A DNA stretch of 64,000 bases from Macrostomum lignano (taxonomy: Eukaryota). Within the stretch, counting starts at the first letter, position 1. The number at the start of each line of letters is the position of its first letter. The position numbers were made by a program, and so were the translations under genes. The notes under the pieces are model-generated. The model did no database searches. It was not told the DNA's origin and saw only the letters and a list, made by a program, of their open reading frames with translations. Below are positions 24,455 to 51,761 of this stretch, piece after piece. The DNA lies in contig NIVC01003031.1 in NCBI GenBank assembly GCA_002269645.1, forward strand, positions 1-64,000, read 5' to 3'.

Positions 24455-25380
24455 CACCTCATTCCCTGTCCCTCTCGACGCCAACCTCACTCCATGTCCC
24501 TCTCGACACACACCTCACTCCATGTCTCTCTTGACACCCACCTCACTCCCTGTCCCTATCGACACCCACCTCACTCCCTGTCTCTCTTGACACCCACCTC
24601 ACCCCTGTCTCTCTTGACACCCACCTCACCCCTGTCTCTCTTGACACCCACCTCACCCATGTCTCTCTTGACACCCACCTCACCCCTGTCTCTCTTGACA
24701 CCCACCTCACTCCCTGTCTGTCTTGACACCCACCTCACCCCTGTCTCTCTTGACACCCACCTCACCCATGTCTCTCTTGACACCCACCTCACCCCTGTCT
24801 CTCTTGACACCCACCTCACCCCTGTCTCTCTTGACACCCACCTCACCCATGTCTCTCTTGACACCCAACTCACTCCATGTCTCTCTTGACACCCACCTCA
24901 CTCCCTGTCCCTATCGAGACCCACCTCACTCCATGTCTCTCTTGACACCCACCTCACCCCTGTCTCTCTTGACACCCACCTCACCCCTGTCTCTCTTGAC
25001 ACCCACCTCACTCCATGTCTCTCTTGACACCCACCTCACTCCCTGTCCCTATCGACACCCACCTCACTCCCTGTCTCTCTTGACACCCAACTCACTCCAT
25101 GTCTCTCTTGACACCCACCTCACTCCCTGTCTCTCTTGACACCCACCTCACCCCTGTCTCTCTTGACACCCAACTCACTCCATGTATCTCTTGACACCCA
25201 CCTCACTCCCTGTCTCTCTTGACACCCACCTCACTCCCTGTCTCTCTTGACACCCACCTCACCCATGTCTCTCTTGACACCCAACTCACTCCATGTCTCT
25301 CTTGACACCCAACTCACTCCATGTCTCTCTTGACACCCACCTCACTTCCTGTTCCTATCGACCCCCAACTCGCTCCCTAT
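24455..25380. repeat. 27-bp minisatellite
   Basis: About 34 copies of CTCTTGACACCCACCTCAC(C/T)CCTGTCT. Confidence 0.95.
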
Positions 25381-26289
25381 TCCTTTCGTAACCTGCCTCA
25401 CCATAATACTAAAACATACACTTCCAGCTACGGTATTATAAAATAGAGCAATAATATAATGTTGTACAGTATAATTTAAGCCAATTTTATCAATGAACCA
25501 TCGAAATTCTGTGTCGGTGTAGTCCATGTGCACTATAATAAAGCCGCACTCTACTACCACAACAAGCAAGTGTGAGGCAATAAAGGGACCAGTTACTGGC
25601 CAAGTTGCAAGTGGCAGCTAATTCAGTTCGCGCGGCCACTCAAGCCCGGCCAGTCGTGAACAGCTCGGCAAAGGGAATTAGGAGGATCGCTTGTCGACAG
25701 ATCCCCAGGCTTGATTAGCTCCCCCGCTCTCCAAATCCCTGCAGCACTCTCAGCCCTGGGCAAGGAACGGTGTTAAGCTGGTAAGACCGCCATAGCCGCC
25801 ACTACACGTGTGCTACAGCACCGGCAACCGTGGATTGACCTCCACAGACGAATGCCAAAATGTCGTTCGTGCACGGTACAGAGCAACAGACAATTACTAA
25901 ACAGCGATATTTTCCTCATCTTCCGCGATTCATTGCAGCAGCGCAGCTGATACTGCAGTTTTCTAGTAAAAAAATTAACAGAAAGCTGGAGTTTTAGACT
26001 TTGCACTCGAATTTCAGAAGCGTTGGAAAATAATTGCCTAATCCTCATGCTGGCGCATTGGCCAAGAAAAAGACTGAAATTCGGCCATTTGGGGAAGGCC
26101 AAAAATCGGTGCTGTGGTTTGCAGATGCGAAGCCGAAAAATTAAAAAGTATACAGAGAGCACAAGTAGAACCGTAACTGCGTGAATTTCTGACAAAAAAG
26201 AAAGAAAATAAGACAATAAGAAAATCCTTGAGATTAAGGACGCCTACCTCACTCATTTCCCCTTAAGATGCCCACCTAAATCCAACCCA

Positions 26290-26790
26290 TCAAGACACCC
26301 ACCCCACTCCCTGCCCTTCTCGACACCCATCCCCTCAAGATACTCACCTCACCCCTGCCCCTCAAGACACCCACCTCACCAGCTACCCCTCAAGACATCC
26401 ACCTCACTCTCTACCCCTCGAGACACCCACCTCACCAGCTGCCCCTCAAGACATCCACCTCACTCTCTACCCCTCAAGACACCAACCTCACCAGCTGCCC
26501 CTCAAGACATCCACCTCACTCTCTACCCCTCAAGACACCAACCTCACCAGCTGCCCCTCAAGACATCCACCTCACTCTCTACCCCTCAAGACATCCACCT
26601 CACTCTCTACCCCTCAAGACACCCACCTCACCAGCTGCCCCTCAAGACATCCACCTCACTCTCTACCCCTCAAGACACCCACCTCACTCCCTGCCCCTCA
26701 AGACATCCACCTCACTCTCTACCCCTCAAGACATCCACCTCACTCTCTACCCCTCAAGACACCCACCTCACTCCCTGCCCCTCAAGAAAC
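26290..26790. repeat. 28-bp minisatellite related to the 24.5-kb array
   Basis: About 17 copies of CCCCTCAAGACA(C/T)CCACCTCAC(CAGCTG/TCTCTA). Confidence 0.93.
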
Positions 26791-27559
26791 CCGCCTCTCG
26801 TTCCAGTTCTATCCGTTAACTACATGTACATTCTTCATGAACTCTGATTGTAAATTATCTATATTTTCTCTCTCTCTCAGAATCACAAATATTCAGGACC
26901 CAAGAGCTATTTGGCTCAGTCTAGCTACAGAGGAGAGTCAGAGACACCAGAAAATTAGTTCAGTTTTTTTACTAGTTAGGAATTTTTCGCAACTTTCCTA
27001 CCCTTCCAATATTGATTGAAATTCGATAGAGAGAAAAGAACACTATTTTGCGCCATTACTATTGGCTAGCAACAGCGCCAGACAGCTGCTAGACAGACAA
27101 TCGATTCTGGGACAGGGTCCCGCTGACAGATAAGTGGCAGGCCAGATAGGAAATGTCCGCAGGCACATTAGGCAGAACATGTAACAAACATTGATGAATA
27201 ACGGTGCTGCACTTTTCAAACAAATTAAACTGCATGTTCTCCACAAACAAGATGGATAACTATGTCTTTCGAGGTTGAAACCTAATTTGATATCTGGGAA
27301 AGAAAAGAAGCTCCCAGATTCTGCTCCAGAGTTCCATATATTTTTAAAGATTTCTTCCAATCATTTATCATGATTTTCGCATTTCGCATCTGCATTTACT
27401 GGTGGTTCACTTTGTTTTATGAGCTGAGATAATTGACTGATGAAGTAGAGAAAATTTCATGCTTATAAGTGAGAAAAGTACATTAGCAAGCTCCTTGAGA
27501 TCCTTGAGATGAGATCCTTGATGACTGATGACGTCCTTTTTGATCTGATATTTTATGAC

Positions 27560-29125
27560 CCGATCTTCCATGAGCAGATCCTCCATGATCGATGACGAGA
27601 CCGTCCATGATTGAAGACCAGATCCTCCATGATCGATGACCAGATCCTCCATGATTGATGACCAGATCCTCCATGATCGATGACGAGACCCTCCATGATC
27701 GATGACCAGATCCTCCATGATCGATGACCAGATCCTCCATGATCGATGACCAGATCCTCCATGATCGATGACGAGACCCTCCATGATCGATGACCAGATC
27801 CTCCATGATCGATGACCAGATCCTCCATGATCGATGACCAGATCCTCCATGATCGATGACCAGATCCTCCATGATCGATGACCAGATCCTCCATGATCGA
27901 TGACCAGATCCTCCATGATCGATGACGAGATCCTCCATGATCGATGACGAGATCCTCCATGATCGATGACCAGATCCTCCATGATCGATGACCAGATCCT
28001 CCATGATCGATGACCAGACCCTCCATGATCGATGACCAGATCCTCCATGATCGATGACCAGATCCTCCATGATCGATGACCAGATCCTCCATGATCGATG
28101 ACCAGATCCTCCGTGATCGATGACCAGATCCTCCATGATCGATGACCAGATCCTCCATGATCGATGACCAGATCCTCCATGATCGATGACCAGATCCTCC
28201 ATGATCGATGACCAGATCCTCCATGATCGATGACCAGATCCTCCATGATCGATGACCAGATCCTCCATGATCGATGACCAGATCCTCCATGATCGATGAC
28301 CAGATCCTCCATGATCGATGACCAGATCCTCCATGATCGATGACCAGATCCTCCATGATCGATGACCAGATCCTCCATGATCGATGACCAGATCCTCCAT
28401 GATCGATGACCAGATCCTCCATGATCGATGACCAGATCCTCCATGATCGATGACCAGATCCTCCATGATCGATGACCAGATCCTCCATGATCGATGACCA
28501 GTTCCTCCATGATCGATGACCAGATCCTCCATGATCGATGACCAGATCCTCCATGATCGATGACCAGATCCTCCGTGATCGATGACCAGATCCTCCATGA
28601 TCGATGACCAGATCCTCCGTGATCGATGACCAGATCCTCCATGATCGATGACCAGATCCTCCATGATCGATGACCAGATCCTCCATGATCGATGACCAGA
28701 TCCTCCATGATCGATGACCAGATCCTCCATGATCGATGACCAGATCCTCCATGATCGATGACCAGATCCTCCATGATCGATGACCAGATCCTCCATGATC
28801 GATGACCAGATCCTCCATGATCGATGACCAGATCCTCCATGATCTAGGTCCAGATTCTCCACGATTGACGACCAGACCAGATCCTCCATGACCAGATCCT
28901 CTATAACCAGATCTTTATGACCAGATCCTCCATGACCAGATCCTCCATGACAAGATCCTCTATAACCAGATCTTTATGACCAGATGCTCCTCGATGACCA
29001 AGTCTTTTATGACCTGATCCTCCATGATCAGGTTCTCCATGACTGATAAAAATCATATATGACCGTGTAGACCCTCCATACCAAGATCCTCTATGACCAG
29101 ATTCTTCATGACCGATGATCAGATC
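27560..29125. repeat. 22-bp minisatellite with a degenerate 3' tail
   Basis: About 58 copies of GATCCTCCATGATCGATGACCA to about 28845, then shorter degenerate units. Confidence 0.97.
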
Positions 29126-31504
29126 CTCCATAAGCAATGAAGCATTTAAATTCGTGACATAAATTTAGATAAGTCAAAATCTGGGATTTCAGTTTAACCT
29201 CATCAGCCAAGAGCACCCATGCAGCGGGTTAGTTTTGAATCAAGCCATGATCGACAGGATTTTATAAATAAGAAGATTTCCAGCAAGCCTTCCGTTCCAC
29301 AGTTTGTCCGCCTCGAGGACGCATGCAGGAGTGGCGGTCTCCGGGGAGTTGAGGGGAGAGGCGGATCCTCCTGTTGAGCCGAATGAAGGTTGGGGCTGGT
29401 TGCGAAGAGATCGACAGGGGATGCGCTTATATAGAGACCCCGCGATCGAAACCCTTAAAACCCCGGGGTTCTCAGCTCTGCCAGTTGCTCGGGCAGCTCG
29501 GGCAGTCCTTTGAGCACCTACGCCGCCGCTTGCTCAAGTTGGTACAGAGGAAATTTTCTTGGAGAACTGCTCAAGATGTCGGGTACGGGCCCGGGCATGT
29601 GATGATTAGTCTAAGAGTTCACAGTTCCGAAATTGTTCAAGTTGTCCGGGCGGAAATCGCTATAAATATAACTACATGTATAACCGAGTGGACCAGTTTC
29701 AAGTTAAGCAGATTTGGTCCCGGTTAGTGCACAGTTTAATAGGCTGCTAACTGTAATAGAAGGACGATACGCTCGATTTTCTTAGAAATGAGCTTCCTTA
29801 GAAATGCGCGATAAAAATCTGATTGCTCTCCGGCTCATTTCTAACAAAATTGACTAAAGTGTCTTTATACTGTTCATAGTGGCCAACCTGCACTCTCGAT
29901 CATGAAGTTCGCGTACAGGGAAGAAAAAAGTAATTAAAAAAGCATAGAAATCGATGCAATTCCATTGATTGAATCATTGGATGAATTCCACTTGTTGAAT
30001 CAACAGAGTCTGCTCAATAGAGCTGCAGCTCTGATAGAGTCCGATGGGAAACTGAGCAGAGGATATGCAGGAAGAGAATTGGCGATCGAAGGAGAAGAGC
30101 GGCTGCGGCAGTCTGAGACGGACCCGAGGTTGGGTACGTGGATCAAGGTTATCTTCAACAAAATCCTGGAGTGGCGTGTGCATGCCTGACGATTAGACAG
30201 TCAAGGCCGATGTGTGCACCCTGTGTGAGCGGTGTATGAGTGCGCGCCTGAGTACAGTATTGGCGCTCTTGTATGCATGTGCTCAGGGGAGTCAGGGAAT
30301 GGGCAGAACTGGCGCCGCCCACAAGCCTACTGAAATTATTATTTAGAGTCCAAAAATCTAACTTGACTGTCTTTGAATCAAAACGGAAGCTATTGAGACA
30401 AAGCTTGAGCTCAAGTATTAAGGTAAAGCGTTTCAAATTTGCATTGATAACCGCTCTAATATTATTGTTAAACGTTCTACTCAAAGTTGTTCATAACCTT
30501 AGCTATGCTTTGGATGTCTCTAAAACTGCAATGCCAGACTCCAGACTTCAGATCTCCTTCTGACTGGAATGGCAGACCAGAGATTCGTCACACAGAGGCT
30601 CACTGGCCGCCCTCATCGCACAAAGAGGCGCTTGCAGACAGGCCAAGTGCCATGAAAGATAAAACCTGATAGGAGGGAGAGGGGAGGGTTCAGCCAGTGC
30701 GGCTCTAGCTGCCGCCACTTCTCGTTAAGCAGAATGATTGAAAGCGGCTGTAGCATTATCGAGACAGACTCTGGCAGGGCTCTGAAGGCTGCAATTCTCC
30801 AAATTGGGAATAGAGTGAGGCCGAGTAAGTTCAGAAAAGGACAAACAAGTCTGGCGTCAAGAGGAATTCAGACTTTGGGGAAAAAAAGTTTTAAAGGCCT
30901 ATTTAAAAGCGAATTTTTAGCGCCTAATATTAGCTAGTTGGATCAATGCGATCAAATCCATAAATTACTTGAATACTTGATACCTTTTGAAGCCTTCATA
31001 GGCCTCATAAAGAGACTTATCAAAATATTACGATGGGTGACCACAACAAACTAGGCCAATGTACTAGTGTCTATTAAAGACTGTTAAAACATCCTCTGAG
31101 ACTGAGTATATTGAATGTTTTCTAATCCAGAACTTGAGCAAATAAAAAACTGACCCAGTTATTGCTGAAAAAACTGTCAAATAACGAGTCACTTCCACAC
31201 GGTCCATATACGAGGTTGTATGTACTTCACTATGAAAGGCATGCACATTGTGAACTATAAATAGAAACACGCGGGATACTTCTCTGCAATGCGATACTAC
31301 TTTCAGTAGCAATTCAAAATTTATTTATAGAGTTTAACAAAATAAACAGTATACCTCAAAATGTCTTTATCGACAAATATTTGCAGGAGAGCTGCGGGCA
31401 CCCTTCGGCGATATGGTCCCACAGCCAGCGCTGAGGCGATTCAGCCCATTCCACTGAGTCCTGAGCACATACAAGAGAAAGTTATTTAGAAATGCTAAAA
31501 TTTC

Positions 31505-31738
31505 CGTTTCCAGTCCAGGTGCTACCCAAGTTAAAAATCCTGTTTCCAGTCCAGGTGCTACCCAAGTTAAAAATCCTGTTTCCAGTCCAGGTGCTACCCA
31601 AGTTAAAAATCCTGTTTCCAGTCCAGGTGCTACCCAAGTTAAAAATCCTGTTTCCAGTCCAGGTGCTACCCAAGTTGAAAATCCTGATTCCAGTCCAGGT
31701 GCTACCCAAGTTAAAAATCCTGATTCCAGTCCAGGTGC
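31505..31738. repeat. 36-bp minisatellite downstream of HYI
   Basis: About 6.5 copies of TTCCAGTCCAGGTGCTACCCAAGTTAAAAATCCTGT. Confidence 0.95.
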
Positions 31739-31834
31739 CGCTTTTTAGTACATTAGAAGTCCTTATCCGAAAGCATATCGGTGGCATAATTATTGAAAAT
31801 TGGAAAACTTTGAAGAGGCCGCAGCGGGTGGCGA

Positions 31835-33295
31835 TTAATGAGGCTGCAGGTAGCCCATCTCAATCAGCCAGTCGATGCCGGCCTCGGCACCGTCGCTCGG
31901 TCGGTACTCCAGTCCGACGCAGCCCGAGTAGCCGGCCTCACCAATCTGACGCAACACCGCGCCATAGTCGATATCGCCCGGTGCTCCGGGTTCTTGGCGA
32001 CCAGGTGCCTGCGCGATTTGCACGTGACCGGCCAGAGGCAGGTAGGCTGGCAGCGAGTCAAGCGAGCCCTCCAGCATCTGCAGGTGGAACAGGTCCAGCA
32101 GTAGGCGAAGGCCCGGCACGTCGTTAAGGATGGCCACCGCATCGGTGTACGAGTTCAGGTAATAATCGGCTATGTTGCTAATTGGCTCGATAACGCAGGT
32201 GACGCCGAGAGGCGCAAAAATTTGGACAGCTTCACGCAGACCGTCTACGTACGCGGCGCGGACCTCCGGACTCCGGACGGTCGTGCGGCCGGACATGACG
32301 TGAAGTGTCGGACAGGACAGAGCCGAGCACAGGTCGGCCGCGGCGGACAGGCCAGCGCGGAATTCTTCGCGTCTGCCGGAAGGAAAGTTCGAATTTTTGT
32401 TACAATAGTACATTTCGAACTTTTGATTTAAGATATTATGGTCGGTAGTGGCAGGCTGGTAGCCGTGTGTGCATTGGGGGATGGGTGGAGTTATTAGGGG
32501 CAGACTGAGAGCGTATGTACATTGGGGGATGGGTGGAGTTATTAGGGGCAGACTGAGAGCGTATGTACATTGGGGGATGGGTGGAGTTATTAGGGGCAGA
32601 CTGAGAGCGTATGTACATTGGGGGATGGGTGGGATTCTTAAGGGCAGACTGAGAGCGTGTGTACATTGGGGGATGGGTGGGATTCTTAAGGGCAGACTGA
32701 GAGCGTGTGTACATTGGGGGATGGGTGGGATTCTTAAGGGCAGACTGAGAGCGTGTGTACATTGGGGGATGGGTGGGATTCTTAAGGGCAGACTGAGAGC
32801 GTATGTACATTGGGGGATGGGTGGGATTCTTAGGGGCAGACTGAGAGCGTGTGCACATTGGAGGATGGGTGGGATTCTTAGGGGCAGACTGAGAGCGTGT
32901 GTACATTGGGGGATGGGTGGGATTCTTAGGGGCAGACTGAGAGCGTGTGCACATTGGGGGATGGGTGGGATTCTTAGGGGCAGACTGAGAGCGTGTGTAC
33001 ATTGGGGGATGGGTTGGGGTAGGCTAAGAATTGCCACTCCATTTCACCTATCAGGAAGGGCCGTTAAGCCAAGATCGCCGCTGGGCGGCCGGCAGGGCGG
33101 CGCATTGATGAGGGCGAACTGAAGTCCTCCAGCGCGCCTGCAGGCATCCGCTAGGCTGGCCGGGGTCTCGCCGCCGGCGTCCATCGCCTCCACGTAGCGA
33201 AAGCCGCGAGCCGCCGCGCGGCCCAGCCGCTCAACAATGCCAGGCCGGTCGGCGAACAACCAGCTGAGGTTGGCGGAGAGGCGCAGAGATGGAGC
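31835..33295 (-). CDS. HYI: Hydroxypyruvate isomerase (xylose isomerase-like TIM barrel); start codon not in the first visible exon
   Basis: Exons 33048-33295 (acceptor CTGCAG, donor AG|GTGAAA) and 31835-32372 (acceptor CGGCAG). Translation APSLRLSANLSWLF..GFRYVE..LINAP..GLTALPDRREEFRAGL..LHVMSG..VIEPI..LLLDLFHLQ..GHVQIAQAPGRQEPGAPGDIDY..GCVGLEYRP matches HYI motifs. TAA at 31835-31837. Confidence 0.93.
32470..33015. repeat. 48-bp minisatellite filling the HYI intron
   Basis: About 11 copies of ATTGGGGGATGGGTGGGATTCTTA(A/G)GGGCAGACTGAGAGCGTGTGTAC. Confidence 0.96.
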
Positions 33296-35323
33296 CTGCA
33301 GTTGAGCCAATTTTAAATGTAGAAAGAGCAATTGCCTTTTAGATTGCAATGTTCTGGCAGAGTTTATTTACCTATTATTGGATCTTTGTTATTAGGCAGG
33401 TACCAGTTCATATTTTATACTATAATAAATTGCTCATCAGAAAAATATGCTATTTGGTGCAGAAATTCTCATTGTTTGTACAACATAACTTTGAGATAAA
33501 CTTTTATATTGGAAAAATTATTATAATTTTATATTTAAAACTTAATATTAGAGACACTTTAGGTAAGGCAAAGCTTAGTCAAAGCATTAAATTAAATTTA
33601 ATTACAAATTAGTATTTTGACTTATTTTAATTAAATAGGAGCCTATCATTTCATTCATTTCTCATTTAAGATTTTAGTATTAATGAACATTAGAGACTTG
33701 AACAATATAGAATTATCATCTAAATTTATAGAAGATATATCTAAGAACAAACAAAAATAGATATCTCAACATTTCAGTAATTAAATTATCTATTATAAAT
33801 TCTTAGCTTCAATTATTTATTCAATATCAAACCTATAGCCTGTAATTGCATACAATAAGGAGAATTTTTACAGAGGCTAGTAGTTGGCTATAGGCCTAAA
33901 AATTTCAAAGCAAAGCTGAAAGCCAAATTGGAAAGCATTAAGTTTGAACACAAAATGATGAATTGAAAGTTTTTATTAGTTATGGAAAATATTTTTCTGA
34001 CTGTTCCAAGGCGCTTCTTTCAATTTCTCAAAGGGTTTCAAAGGGTTTTGTATTTAAAAAGAGAATTTGAAGATGTTATATACATTGTTGCAAAAATTTT
34101 GCTTTTAATTAGTTACTAAAAGCTTTCTAAAAGTTACTAAAAGTTTACTAGGAATGCTGTGTATCTAGGAATTCTGCCAATAATTAAAAAATGAACTCGT
34201 TAATCATGCCTGAAAAGTTCAGTTAAACTGGAAAAGTTAGCAGTTTTTTGTTTGAGATGTTTGACAAGACCGTGATCTGTTTCGTTGAAAATATTCTCTT
34301 TGAAATCGTCTGAGTACGAAAATTATAACAGAATTAAACGATTTACGACTCGTGAACTGGATGCACCGAAATAGAGTTAACGCGTCGATATCCAGATAGA
34401 CGCGAACAAATTGGGTATTTATAACATAGGGTTTATTAATCATTTAGGCTTTAATTGTGAGAATAATTAATTTGGTAGCCAGTATTTGAGATGCGACATA
34501 CACTTCAGCACTTAATCACTGTCTCTAGGCAAAATGTAAAGCAGCTTCCCGTAAGTCCCTGACACCAATGGCAATATACTCCTGCTCCTGTAGAAAAAAT
34601 TATTGAATCTGTTTCTTGACCGAAATCTTTCATCTTTATGATTTTGATTTTGATATAAATTGTATCGATCAAATCACTAATAAAATTCTTACACAAATAT
34701 GACTCTGTGCGACAGAAAACACAGGACGATCGCAATTTCCCAAGCGCGGTATAAATTGGTGCCTTACAAAACCGTCTGAAGTGCATTTCCTTATATCTAT
34801 ATATTTGATGCCGCGTAGGTATTGATCGATTAATATAGTAAAACACTCGCAAGACATATTATTATTGATTCATCACAAATGCGTCGTTTGCGCAGAATAT
34901 AACAGCTAGCCAAAATGAATGAATTAAGACAGACGACGAAGGAACGAAGGAAAAAGTATAATATCGACTTTTCCTTCCGCGCTACTTTCAGTACAATAAT
35001 TCAAAAGTAGAAAATACCAGCCTACGAAATTATTTCTAAAGCTAAAATGCGTGAGCTGTAATTATGACAGAAAGTTTTTTATGTCATTCTAAAATATTTG
35101 TGATTTGTACATGTGCATATCGAATAAGTTTTCAATATCACATGCACAACCACCAAAACAGAAATGCTTAAAAACTATAAGGTTCAATTCTTATTAATAA
35201 AACCATTACAGTACTGCCCATTCAATATAAGAAAACGAGTATGATTTATAGAGCAATAAAACTTCACAATACAGCTCAGATTCGATTCCAATATGAGATT
35301 TCGGTCAATTAAAAACTACAGAT

Positions 35324-49129
<13,806 letters not shown>

Positions 49130-50847
49130 TGCTGTGTATTGAAAGAGTCGATGAAAACCCGGCTGAACAATGCCTGTCTAAAAATACGTGCCCTAACAAG
49201 CGAATATGCAGCTTGTGTACTTGTACTCAAAGCTCAGATGGTCTGGGGAGCTATTAGCGTGGGGATTGAGCAGGTCGGGATGAATTGTCCCCATTGGCTG
49301 CATGGCTGACTTGCAGTCTGTGACGTTGCTAAATGCATCATAAATAATGAAGGTAGGACGCTAGCTCCGTATAAATTCGCTAGAGATCGGCTTTCGTTGT
49401 GAGACAGGAAGTTCACACGATACGAGTATTAAACACTACTAAGATTATTAACAACCTTACGAGCGGATGGACTTCCAAAAATCAAATGTTTTGTTTTGAC
49501 TTTTTCAGTTAAAAGTAAAGTTCGTTTGATTTGTTACTAACAGAACATTTTCGTTGATTATTTCAGCAAACAGGATAAATGGTAGCTGGGGTTTGCAAAG
49601 CATTGATATGGCCTGTCCCCCATGCATATTAATGATTATCTCTTAATTTGACTTGTAAATAGTTTGGCCATAGTTTCATACCAGGAGAATTTATCAATTG
49701 ACTTTACATAGGAAACATAGAGCTAATAGACATAGGTCTAAACCCTGTGGATTAGTCTATGGCTGTGCCAGAGTATATATAGTATTCTATGGTCTAAACC
49801 CTATGGATTAGTCTATGGCTGTGCCAGAGTATGTATAATATTCTTTGGTCTAAACTCACGCAGATTACTCTATGGCTCTGCCAAAAACGTAAGGCAATCT
49901 TATTGCCTGTGCGGCTCTTCAAGCAGACGGACACTACTGAATGTTGCCGAGTGCAAACAAAAAACCAATTACACTGTTCAAAGTCATGCAACAAACAAAT
50001 TAATAGTTAATAGCTCTAGGGGCAAAGCGGCACACGACCGCGACCTCGGGCGCGAGTATATTTGCCAATTCACTTCAATGATTGCATTGCTAGAGAGAAT
50101 AATAAGAATATAATAATTTATAGGCATGACTATGCAGTAAAGCATTATGATGCACATGTGGAGACGAAAGCAGTACGACAGGCAGACAGACAGGCAGGCA
50201 GACAGACATACAGATAGACAGACAGACAGGCAGGCAAACAGACGTACAGACAGACAACACTCTAAAAAGCAACAATGACAATCAAATCTCGCTAGATCAA
50301 AGCAGAGCCCAAAGCATCAATAATTCAAGAAGCTCTGCTAGAAGGTAGCTGAGAGAACAAAAAATGACAAGTATTTTTTGGCCATAATTAAAGAAAATAA
50401 CAAAGAGAAAAAAAATACTCGAATTTTCCAGATGACCGAACTGTCTTAGTCGATTTTTGAAAGCAGAGCATAACAAAATTAATTAGTAACTGTGGTGGAC
50501 AACCGGGGGCAGAAGAGCTTGCTAAATTAAGCGAATAAGGATCTGGCCAGCAAGCAAGAAGACCAAGCCAATTCAAAAGCACTCTAGCAGATGCAGGGGC
50601 AGAAAAACAGCTGCATCTTACATGTACAATTAATTAGCTCCTACTCAAGATCAGTTGCTTGTCTAATTTTTTTCAAACACCTCAGTAATTGTAAGCAATA
50701 AAATATAATTAGCCGATAAAGCACGCGGAAACGACTATAAGTATGAGAATAATTGGAAAAATTAGATGGCAAGAATTGCGGTACCGCTTTCGAAAAAATT
50801 GAGTATGCCCAATATTACTATGTTTTAGCATGATAACTGGCATAAAT

Positions 50848-51270
50848 GAGGGTGAGTCCAAGGCGGAAGGGGTTGCTGATCTGATAAGGGTGAGTACACT
50901 GTGGGCGGCAGGGGTTGCTGATCTGATAAGGGTGAGTACACTGTGGGCGGCAGGGGTTGCTGATCTGATAAGGGTGAGTACACTGTGGGCGGCAGGGGTT
51001 GCTGATCTGATAAGGGTGAGTACATTGTGGGCGGCAGGGGTTGCTGATCTGATAAGGGTGAGTACATTGTGGGCGGCAGGGGTTGCTGATCTGATAAGGG
51101 TGAGTCATTGTGGGCGGCAGGGGTTGCTGATCTGATAAGGGTGAGTACACTGTGGGCGGCAGGGGTTGCTGATCTGATAAGGGTGAGTACACTGTGGGCG
51201 GCAGGGGTTGCTGATCTGATAAGGGTGAGTACACTGTGGGCGGCAGGGGTTGCTGATCTGATAAGGGTGT
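50848..51270. repeat. 42-bp minisatellite containing GTGAGT
   Basis: About 10 copies of GGGTGAGTACACTGTGGGCGGCAGGGGTTGCTGATCTGATAA. Confidence 0.96.
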
Positions 51271-51761
51271 ACATTGTGCGGCATTGTTTATAACAATCAA
51301 CAACATTTAAAAGTTGCGAAATATAATCTATCAAATTCTTAACGTTAAACAGCAGTGCAAAAGAAGCAAGTACGCTACTTGAAGTAGCAACAACGGTGCC
51401 ATCTAAAACTATCAACACAGATATTAGAGGAAAAGCCAGAAAACAGTGTAGAGGCAATGCTGAATTGCCAGATATCACACGCAATTGTCATCCATATAAC
51501 GGGGAATAACTGACAGTCAGTAATAAGCAGGCAGATTCAGCGTGAATCAACTCATCAAAGCATAATTATATATTCACGAAGAGAAACAACGACAGTGCCA
51601 CTAGACTAGATGGTGGTTTAAAAGTTTAAAAGCTAACTTCACTTAAGCGATTGTACCAAACATCATTAGACGAGTTAAACATTATATATTATTGTCAGCT
51701 GTTAAAATAGGCGAACGATGAAAAATACTAGCGTATTAATTTTGCTTGTTTCATAGCCACC

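Noticed and set aside
29200-31450. Short ORFs (60-120 aa) in the 29-31 kb interval
   Set aside because: No recognisable domains or consistent splice structure; cannot support a gene call.
31835-33295. HYI as bacterial contamination or recent horizontal transfer
   Set aside because: It has a GT-AG intron and an upstream acceptor, and HYI is a normal animal gene.
33296-33349. TTG start of ORF 33044-33349 (and GTG starts at 5440 and 5594) as real initiation sites
   Set aside because: These are ORF-finder alternative starts; the HYI extension is AT-rich intron-like sequence ending in a 3' splice site and has no similarity to HYI.
34200-34900. AT-rich segment as a possible mitochondrial insertion (NUMT)
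   Set aside because: No mitochondrial protein or rRNA motif could be recognised in the frames examined by eye; a BLAST search against the mitogenome would settle it.
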